Assembly (NCBI GenBank): GCA_015680685.1
Contig: MNCI01000721.1
Coordinates: forward strand, 356,595-420,594
Source of the DNA: Gnetum montanum
Lineage: Eukaryota; Plantae; Gnetophyta
Direction: 5' to 3'
Length of the DNA stretch: 64,000 nt
In this document: positions 54,085 to 64,000 of the stretch, piece by piece
How the letters are laid out: the number at the start of each line of letters is the position of its first letter
Position numbering within the stretch: the stretch's first letter is position 1
Notes under the pieces: model-generated
What the model was told of the DNA's origin: nothing
The model's database searches: none
Seen by the model: only the letters and a program-made list of their open reading frames with translations
Translations under genes and position numbers: made by a program

Positions 54085-55079
54085 TGTCAACATAGTTGAA
54101 TCAACATTGACATAGCCTAGGCTGTGTTGATGAAACATCCATAAATGCCTATATAAATGTATTGCCTACTACATTGATAGCATTGTTTTGATTAGTAGTG
54201 TAGTTTAACTTTTACAAATTATTTTTGTAGAAGCTAGAATAGTCAATCAGCTCCCACAACATAACTGTAAATTGATTGATGAAGTCTTATTCAAGTGAAC
54301 TTATACTTGGATACAATTCACAATGGCAATAAGATTGAAATTAATTTATCTTCACTATAACACTTTGAATTAGCTTAATATTTTTCTATTTATAATTTAT
54401 TTTTATTATTACTTATGTTTATATGCTTAATTAATATTTTATTTTTGAAATGCATCTAAAGTATGTGGAATGAATATAGCTTACTATGAGCATAAACACA
54501 TTACTGTTTAGTAATCCTAGTAATGTTGTCACTTGGTATGCCTAGGAGTGCATACTTGATAACTCGACAATCATAGCATGAGTTCAGGATATGCACAATG
54601 AGTTGGGAATGAATGTATATCACTTAGGCTATAATAAATTTTATTTTATTTAAAATTAATTAGATTAAAATTTAATATTTAAAAAAATATTTTCATCATG
54701 ACTAAATAATATTAATCATATCACTCAATTACATTTAACTACACTAGTTAAGGGTCATCATGAGTATAATTGAAAAGATAGCAACCTATGATCATTGTTG
54801 GAAACCTAAAGATTTATCTTTTGAAAACCATTATTATTTTATTAAGTCACACATGCTAATTCTAAAATGTCTCCTTCTCTTAGAGCTAATTCCCCACCTA
54901 CTCATAATTTCATAAGGGAAAATGATAAAACAATAAGAAATAATAACAATGTACCTTATCAAGTGAGGATTATTTATTAGCATATAGATTATTATTATGC
55001 AAACTTCACCTTAATCTTACACTAGGATGACTAGATGAGATGTAGGGACTTAGAAGGAAACATTGTGTTATTACCTAAT
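54085..55079 (+). mobile_element. Element J: probable old Athila-type LTR interrupting I and itself interrupted by F
   Basis: Begins TGTCAAC where homology to I stops. Palindrome-like cluster, then CTATATAAAT (~54149). GTTCAGGATATGCACAA..GTTGGGAATG resembles a module in the D/E LTRs. Other end not visible. Confidence 0.45.
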
Positions 55080-55930
55080 TGCTAAGTAGCGAGGTACCCC
55101 TATGCTCAACCATATGAATCACAAGTGTTCATGCACAATCCAATCAAATTTCATATATGGGACTAGTTGTGTCATCTAGATCATTATTCTCTAATTGCAT
55201 TTTTTTGTCTTCCGACTTGTACTAGTGGTAGCTTTGTCATGTATGGTTTAATCCAAAGTGAGGCATATGATGTTATCTAATTCCATGCTACTCTTGATGA
55301 TGATAAAAAGGTAAATTAATTAAGCTGATGGACAATGGAGAATAAAATCTAACTAGCCTATGTGTGATGGATATCTGCCCTTAATCGTCCATACATGTCT
55401 TAAACTTCACGAGACTACTTCTGGGATTGCCAAGTATATGTCACTAGCTATGCCAAACAATACACTTCTGGATTAAGGTGTATGCATTCTGGGATTGCCA
55501 TGTATATGTCACTAGCTATGCTTAACAACAAAAATAGTAAATAGCAATAAATGGAAACATTTAACTAAAGAAAGTAGTAAATAATTAATAATTAAAAGCA
55601 ATAATAGTTTAAGTGGATGCTACAATGATGGAAGTAATCTCAATCTTTATTGCCAATCATGTAACATGTTCAAGTACATCACACTCGAACAAAGGTGTCA
55701 TATGATTACAAACATCACACTGTGGACATGCACTGGGAATAATAACTTTTAGGAAAAGAAACTAAAAACTAAAACTATCTCTCTACTTCATACATTCTAC
55801 CTCCCCCTCAAACCCAGATGAGGTGACGTCAGATATATGACATCACTTTTTGGCTCTAATGTCAAGTATCTAACGTTAGGGCTCTAACATTGCATATCTG
55901 ATGTGAGGGCCTACCAATGATGACTCATCA
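55080..55930 (-). repeat. 3' LTR of F
   Basis: Aligns with 63358-64000 and with the D/E LTRs. Confidence 0.9.
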
Positions 55931-56125
55931 TACCCCCATGACTAAATGAAAACTCATCCTTAAGTTAATAAAATGAGGAAAAAGTTCCTTACAAAATATT
56001 GGGCAGGGATGGGATTATTGACTGACTTAAACAATGAATAAAATAGTTGATTCTTTGCATGTTGTAGTTGTGTAATACAAAATTGGAATGCATTATTACA
56101 AAAAAAAATAACAAAACTGGGAAGC

Positions 56126-58849
56126 TCATGTGGTGTTGGAAGGTGGTGGCTCTTCCATTGGCTACTTCCCATTATTACCAAGCCATTGAAATTTGTAGTG
56201 ATTGAGCAACACCTGCAACTTCTCCTCCCTCATCCTTGGATCATGTACTATCCAAGCTGTTGTTCCAATATGTGCTAGTGCTGGTACATTCCAAGGATAT
56301 GGAAGTTGTAGAACATCTAATTTACCTTTATGTACCAAGCTGCAAACTATCTTCTTTCTTTCTCAAAGGCCCTAGCTTTGTCTCTGAGCTCATGATGATT
56401 TGTCAATCTTTGAGCTATGTTTGAGGCTACATCCTTTTGTCCCTAATTATTGGCTTTGACCATCTCTGATTTTGAGTTTTCCATTTACAACTTTTGCAAA
56501 CCATCCTTTCAATTTTCAAACTCTTTCTCATACAATGCATAGGTGGTTTCCACTTCTTTCTGTAGCACATTTTGGGGCCAACCTATAGAAGGTTGGCATA
56601 TCTAAGGTTAGCCAACACCATGTATTCTTTTAGATCTTCTATTTGTAGATCTTTGTTCTTGACTTTTGCTTGATAGACCAAGGCATAGCTATCCAAAAAT
56701 GGGCTACCACTTAGGATTCTACGTTAACAAGGAGCTAATGTGGGCTTTGGCCATCTGGATTTTTTTTCATTAATTTTCTTGTACATGCCAACTTGGTCAC
56801 AAAATTTGTCTTTTAATTTTTCATGCTTTTCAGCCTTATTTTACCATGTACCAATTTCAATTGCTAATTTTTGATGGATAGCATTAACCTCCTCTATTGA
56901 GAGGATTCTATTCTCTCTAGCGAATCTATTTATGTCTTGGTTGATCTTCACTAGTTGCTCTCTTAACTAGTTGATGCTTTCCTCTAGAATGTTCTTCTAT
57001 TTCTCCACTGTGGTCAACCTAGATTTTTTTGTGGTGAGATACTTATTCTCTTCTTGTACAGTGGTCAATGCCTTTTTGTATGCATGAGATTACACATTAG
57101 TGGTAGAGGCATTCCAAACCACCTTCTCCTTCTCTTAGTAGCTGCTCTCTCCTTTGTTAGCTAGGTTAGCTATTTTTCCTTAAATTGTTCAAGTTGGTTT
57201 AGTGCAACAACATGGACCAAATTCCATCATTCAGCTTGCAAGGAAGCTAGCTCTTCTTGTAATCTTTATATTTCAACTTCTGCATGCTCTACCTTGAGTT
57301 CTATCATGACCAACTTCCCTTTCATAGTGATGAGGTCTAATTGAGCTACAATGACATCATTGGGGATGTCAAATAAGGTAGTCATTACTTGGCCCATCTA
57401 CAACAATCAATCTAGCACATCATCATGCACTACAAGAGTCATTAAAGTCCTAGCCAATACTTGTACATATCTGGTCCCTATTAGATCTATTGAGGGCACA
57501 ATAGGCATGTTGAATGACTCTTTGATGTGAGCAGTGATGACTTCTACTACACTTTCTGCATCCTCATGTTGTAGTACCATGACTATGCCACCTTCTTTAG
57601 TTTCCAACATTACTTGAAAGGATGCAACATTCTCAAAGATCTATCATGATCATTGGGATCCTTCTCCTTCTAACTGTATCAAGATCTCCCACCACATTAG
57701 GTTAGTTAACATTATGAGCTGTACAGCACCATCCATGACTCAGAAGAGGTTATACTTATCCCTACTTTCCAAACTAACTACCTTAACAATCTTCTACAAG
57801 TGGCTCATCGAGGGCCTATAGTCTTGTGATGGTGGTAGCAATGGAGCTTGTGCCTATGGGTACTATTTAGGCTCGTGTTGCATTTTTGTTTGTGGCTCTA
57901 CCTCCTTCTCTACTTGTTCTTCACCAAGATCCTTTCTTGGTGTTGCCAATTTTAGGAGCTTAATGAAGAAGGTATTTTGAGCCTTCCTAGGGATATCATT
58001 GGTCTATCCCAATATTTCAACATGCTTTCACAACTTCCTAATTAAGAAGGAAAATGGAAGTATTGGTCTCCTAGACTTCATTTCTTCACATCATTGTTGG
58101 ATTTTAGTGAAGTAATACTAGGGAAGATTGGCAAAAAAATTACTTATTAAAATGGAACTTCCCCTAGCTACAAAAGTGGAAATTTGATTGAGCCCTTTTA
58201 TGGAAAACAAGTGGTAAGTCTTGATCTTGAAATAGGATTTCTCCTCTAGAGTCATTTCATTGCATGTTTTGTTCTCCTTGCCATACACCCATCTCAACCA
58301 CAATTTCTTGGTCTTGGGGTCAAATTTGGTTGACAAATGAGAAATCTTAGCCCCTTCATTGGGTAGGTTGAGAGCCATAGCAATTACTTTAACTAAATAA
58401 GGGACAATTACCCTACAAATGTTAATGGTGGTACCCTCATCGTTATTATGCCAAAACTGATAGGTTTTTCCTAGGTTCCATTTGCCACTATCTAATAAAA
58501 TGGACCACAATGGGGATAACTTGAGTTGTGTCCAAATTTCTTCTAGAGTGAACTCCTTTAATGGGTTGAAGTTCATCTCCATGATGACTAAAGCCAACGT
58601 GGACTTTTCTAACATGGAAGCAAGGCAATCAAAAGGCAACATGAGACATTGTCCTTACTTGGGAGCTAGTAGTTCTACTGCCTCCCATTAGGCCAATTTC
58701 CTGGTAGCATGAGACTCTTAGTAAATACTAAAGGATTGTACCTCCTACTTAGCATGTTTTGCATGTTCACCCTGTGAACCATAGCCACCATGTGGATGCT
58801 TAGCGATTCTTTATGAGGGTTCACCTTGAGCACCTCTTTCTAGGACCAT
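56126..58849 (-). pseudogene. Accessory ORF2 of F (~900 codons, decayed)
   Basis: YFKIKTYHLFSIKGL, HIKESFNMPIVPSIDL and a coiled coil, matching D ORF2. Confidence 0.82.
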
Positions 58850-59330
58850 TTGCAATCAAGCAAAGGTCAAGTATTACTAAGGATATATTTGTTATCATAA
58901 ATCAGTTTATACCTTACTCATAACCTTAGTTCATTAAGTTCATAATGCATATGATAGCAGAATTAGGAAATTCTCAAGAGAAAAATCCCCAAATATGTGG
59001 CTTATAATAATGGTTATGGGCTCATGGGCTCGAAAAATTTGATTTTTGGCATTAACGTGAGTGATTTTTTATTATAACTTCTAAAGGTTTTAATATTTTT
59101 ACCGTTATGATATCTTCTAGGTGATAGAAAATTTTAGCAATTTAGTGCCCAACAACTAAGCTAAACACTTCAAGTTTAGATGGATTCAAATGACATAGAA
59201 ATTGAAGCGGTAGAGAGAAAAATATTGCAAGTGGAAGATGAGTGCGTAGAGCTCTAACTCATGTGAGAAAATTTCAACAATTCCCCTAGTAGCAAATGAT
59301 GAAAATGAATTTCAAGTGCCATGGGGATCA

Positions 59331-59425
59331 TATATTTATAGTTTTACATGACCCGACGTTAGGTACACAATGTTGGGTATGTGACATCGCATCAAATCCA
59401 ACATCAGGTACACAATGTTGAGGTC
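59331..59425 (-). promoter_or_regulatory. Putative internal promoter of F ORF2: CGACGTCG-derived palindromes plus TATA box
   Basis: CGACGTTA, CAATGTTG, TGACATCG, CAACATCA and CAATGTTG with GTAC linkers. CTATAAATATA on the minus strand at 59331-59341. Confidence 0.62.
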
Positions 59426-60869
59426 CAAAAATATTCATGATATGGGGTAAATGAACGTGCAAACTAAAGATCTTGATTGGTTGGAAGGTTTGAAGTTAAG
59501 TCCATTAGTCTAGGATAAGTGAAATATTAGTTTGAAGCACCAAAAGTATGATAAGGTAATGTTGTTGACATGGAAAATAGTAGAATGAGCAAGAAAAAGG
59601 CATTGAAATTAAGGTTGTGGTACAGATTAGTTTCATGATAAGGGAAACAATAAAATGTAATAATTTGAGTGCTTGGAAGGTGAAGAATGATGTGGTAATG
59701 CTAAACACATATGAGTTACAAAAAATTACACAAGTGGATCCTCCCCAAACCAAGCTCTAGCTAATGATGCCCTTGTGTAACCACACCTATAATGTTCATA
59801 AGCACTAAAGGGATTGAAGGCAATGCAGACCTATGAAACAAACATGCATGTGAAAACCATCAAATTAAGATAATAACTCTATGTTACATAAAACCACAAA
59901 CTATGATCACTTGGATAATGAGTCAAGATGGACAATAAAAAGGTTGTAGAAATTGGGACATGAGGTGGCTTACCATGGTCACAATAAAACCTTGTGTGTT
60001 ATTAATGGTTAAATAACCATGTGTTCATGTTTCCAAGATTCAAACCAAGTCCATACCATCTTATAGTAACATCACATTTCATCACATCAGCAGACAACCA
60101 TATGACCAACAAAGTTGCGAGGAGTAACATCACTTGGTTTTTTGTCCAAGGGAAGAGCTTTATTATGGCACAATTATTATTTTTTATTTCTTTTTCACTT
60201 GTTTTTTCATTGATTCTAAGAAGCCACCAACCTTTAGGCTTGGATACATGACTTTCTAGCAAGACCCACAGAATTTTATTCGATGTCATTTTAGGTTACT
60301 CTTACTCCCATTTTTTGTTAAATCTACAAGGATATGGTTACAACATCATAGAACATACAAAAGTGACCAAAGAGAATCCACAAATCCCCTTGATGTCACA
60401 CCCTTTACATTCTGCCTTGTGTCTACACTCTTCTATGAGGATACAATGATTATAAACTTATTTTTAGTTTAGATGATGGAAAATATTACCATTATGACCG
60501 AGGCAAGAACCTCTTATTAATGGAATGGGTGTCTAGATGTTGTGATCTCAATGTTTGAACAATTAGTCCCTCATGAATTGACAACATAGAAAAAACCTCA
60601 CCTTAAAGTGCAACATGATCATTTTATTCACGAGTGAGATTACAAAAGAAAATGAAAAAAAAAACTAGAAAAATTGAAAAAAATAGATCAAGAAATATGA
60701 AAATGATAAAAAATTATAAAATAAAAAGATGAAAAACACTTTAAAATCCTAAATATTAGAATGGGGGATAATCCCCATCACTAAACATTTGGCCGTAACA
60801 AGGATTAATAAGTGGATAAGTAGGATCTATGCATGGATGAAGCATTGGTAACCATTCATGCCCTAGCCA

Positions 60870-63232
60870 CTAGGTGTCTATTAGTGGTGTGGTGGCTAGG
60901 TAGAAAAATTGTTGATCACGCACTTGATTGTTGTATAGATGGTGGGCCAAGGCATGAGGTGTGTTAATATTATGTATGTCTAGCCTATGATTGCACCCTT
61001 GATTATGGTATGATATACGTGCATTTGTTTGTCTCCCCATGCTTATAGATTCAATGGTTGGATTTGAAATTGGAATACTAATGGGTGGTGGCCCTTGTGT
61101 ATGGTCAGAGGATGTTGGTTGAGACAAGGAAGGTGGTGCACTAGATTGGCCTTGTGCTGGCTTGGATGATATGGTGGGTCCATGCATGGTCTACTTTGTC
61201 TTACGACCTTTCCTTCAACAGGAAATTTTCCTATGTGGCAATTGAGACCCACTAGTATTAGCATGTTTATGCACATTTTCACCACAAGTGGCACTCATTT
61301 GCTGACATTATGGTGCAAAACCTTCATGTGTTGATGGTGATGGCATATAAGAAGGTGCATTATGAGAATATCAAGGATAGGATGGATGGTAAGAGGCATA
61401 AGGTGGTGATCCCTCAAAGGATGTCATGTATTGATGGTACTCGATAGAGTGGTAGTGGCAATTTGAAGTAGAGGATGTAGAACTAGTTGGAGAAAGAGGG
61501 TCTTGAACATAATATCCATGTGGTTTCAATGGATATGGCTAATTTCGTGATGGTCTCCCCCATGACTGTAGTTTTTTCCACTACAATTGATGACCATGTT
61601 GAGGCTGGTAATAGGTCCTCCTATGATGGTATGATGGGTTGTGGGGCTATCTATAACTACCTTATGGGAGAGAAAATCTCTTAGGCATGTGCTTCTACAA
61701 AAATTTTGAATTTAAGACACCTACCCAGTACTCTTGTAAATGTAACAATACTAGGCATTGGCACTTTGCATGGTCATATATGCATATGTTTCATTCATTA
61801 TCTTTGTTTGTGGTTGAGTCTATAGCTTTATTTTTTTAGCCATTTTTCCAATTTCCTGAAAATTGTTCCTAGGTGTTTCTTGGTTCTATATCCTTTATTT
61901 AGTGTGATTATTTGGCTTGTTTTGTATGATCTTATCCACGACTATCTCAATAAGAGTTGTGATGTGTTCATTTATCCATTTGGACATCCTATTAAACTTT
62001 GCTTCTAATTCATCCATAGACTCTTATATCAACAAAGTTTGTTGTGGAATCACCTTATTGAGAGTAGTTTCATTCTCCTTACCATAAATTTGGACCTCCT
62101 TTGGTTGAAGAGTTGGATCCTATTGATATTTCTTGACATTCTCCCATTTTCATAGCTCTCCTTCTTCTTTTACCATATGCTCTAGTAGCTCTTTGATCTG
62201 ATGGGCTTGGAGTGCATATAATTACCCTGGGGCATACATCCCAAGGGTCTCTCATGTTTCATTATGAAGCCCATCTATGATGTGAAAAATTTACCTTTCC
62301 TCAAAAAAACCATGGCTTGGGCATCTATTTAGTAAAGCATAATATCTATCTAAAGCCATGTCCAAGGGTTCATGTTGTCCTTTCTTCCACTCTTGGATCT
62401 ATGTCCTTAGGTTGGACACTCTTGTGTAGGTTTGGTATTTCTCATTGAATAGTTCCATCATTGTAGACCATTGTCAAATTGAATGCGGTCTCAATGATCT
62501 ATATCATACTTTGGCTCTATCAAGTAGTGTCCTAGGAAAGAGCTTAAGCTTTTGGCATCCACTTTCAATGTTGTAAAAAGCACAAGCATCATGGAAGGCT
62601 TGTAAATGATGTTGCAAATCTAAATCATAGCCTCCTACAAATTTAGGAATATTATTCATGTCAAGCTTAGGTAGAAAACTCTTTTTGCAATGCCTATGAG
62701 ATATCTTAAATACCTCTGTGATATGCATTAGGCTCTGAGTGGCTAGTAAGGATTCATCATCATCAAACAAGTTAAGAGGGAAATGTTTATTGTTATTCGT
62801 TTGATCATGATGATGCTATCTTTGATCTTTCCCATGGGTTTGATTCCAATTTTTAATCCAATCCCTTAATGGATCTCTATCTCTATACCTACATTCATCT
62901 TCATCAAAACTAGACATTGAAGGGAAAGAGGAAGATGAGGAACTGGAAGAATTGCTATGGCTTCTATGGTATTCTTCAAGATCCTTTGATATATCATTTC
63001 TAGGTTTTGAGGAGGTCTTAGGCCTTGAGGCCTAGTCTAGGACTTACATCATCTCCTCAAATATTTTTTGCTTTAGGTGAATGTAGTCTTTGAGGGTTGT
63101 TAGGATAATCATGATGATAAGAAACCCCTGCATACTATTGATCACTCCAATTTTTTCATCATATATTGCATCATTTCTCCAATGAATGTGTTTGCTATAT
63201 AGTGCATTATCATTTTTGTGTGGAAGAGACAT
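60870..63232 (-). pseudogene. gag: Gag of F
   Basis: MSLPHKNDNA..., IPKFVGGYDLDLQHHL and KLKLFPRTLLDRAKV. Confidence 0.88.
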
Positions 63233-63357
63233 TGTTATTGGTTTATAGTGTGTGTGATTTAATATTTTTTGAATGATATATCATTAGTACCTTTACAACG
63301 ATCGTGTATAATATAACTAATCTAGATAACTATCACCATCCCTAGAAATAACACCAA

Positions 63358-64000
63358 TGATGAGTGACAAGGTATTGCTATGCTTAACCATACAAATCAC
63401 AAGTGTTCATGCACAATCTAATCAAATTCCATGGATGGGACTAGTTATGGCATCTAGATCATTATGCTTTGATTGTAGTTCAATGTCTTCCAACTTAGAC
63501 TAGTGGTAGCTTTGTCATGTATGGTTTAGTCCAAAGTCAAGTGTATGATGTTATCTAATTCTATGCTACCCTTGATGATGATAAAAATGTAAATTAATTA
63601 AGCTAATGGACAATGGAGCATAAAATCTAACTACCCTACCTATGATGGTTATCTACCCTTAATCATCCATACATTTCTTGGACTTCATGAGACTACTTCC
63701 AGGATTGCCAAGTATATGTCACTGGTTGTGCCAAACAATACACTTATAGATTATCAAGCATCTACACTTAAACCCTTGTGATTAAGGTGTATGCATTTTT
63801 CTTAATAATAGGAATAGTAAATAGCAATAAACAAAAACATTTAACTAAAGAAAGTAGTAAATAATTAATAATTAAAAGAAATAATAGTCTAAGTAGATGC
63901 TACAATGATGGAAGTAATCTCGATCTTTATTGCCAATCATGTAACGTGTTCAAGTTTGTCACACATGAACAAAGGTGTTGTACAATTACAAACATCATAC
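63358..64000 (-). repeat. 5' LTR of F (partial)
   Basis: TGATGAGTGACAAGG start on the + strand, aligns with 55080 onward. Confidence 0.9.

Larger units (their letters stand above)
55080..64000 (-). mobile_element. Element F: older non-autonomous Athila-like relative of D (gag + ORF2, no pol); 5' LTR runs off the window
   Basis: 3' LTR at 55080-55930 with PPT TACCCCCATGACT. 5' LTR from 63358 with a decayed PBS. Colinear with D. Confidence 0.92.

Noticed and set aside
1-64000. Assigning a host species or a centromeric location
   Set aside because: Element types indicate a land plant, but nothing in the window identifies the species or chromosomal position.

Overview
This is AT-rich, heavily CpG/CHG-decayed plant-type heterochromatin. 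I found no intact host gene, RNA gene or CRISPR array. Almost the whole window resolves into nested LTR retrotransposons, most delimited by LTR pairs, PBS/PPT and 5-bp target-site duplications (TSDs). Working names, outermost first: I (CRM-like Gypsy, minus) > H (small pol-less element, 7270-52479, TSD CTTCA) > A (CRM-like Gypsy, 9367-50556) > B (Athila-like, 12282-46915, TSD ACATA, three tandem 3' LTRs) > C (pol-less Sirevirus-like Copia, 18456-32697) > D (pol-less Athila-like, 21160-29174). E (34172-40574) also sits in B. F (55080 to beyond 64000) sits in LTR-like J, which interrupts I. All coding regions are pseudogenised. The most interesting signal is that each element with an accessory ('env-like') ORF has an array of its own CG-palindrome both in the LTR U3 and just upstream of that ORF: CGATATCG in D, CGACGTCG in its relative F, ATCGAT in B, AGACGTCT in C. 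The motif switched in concert between D and F, and B's internal array escaped CpG decay. This suggests, by inference only, a family-specific protein/motif regulatory or anti-silencing system. All alignments and counts were done by eye.
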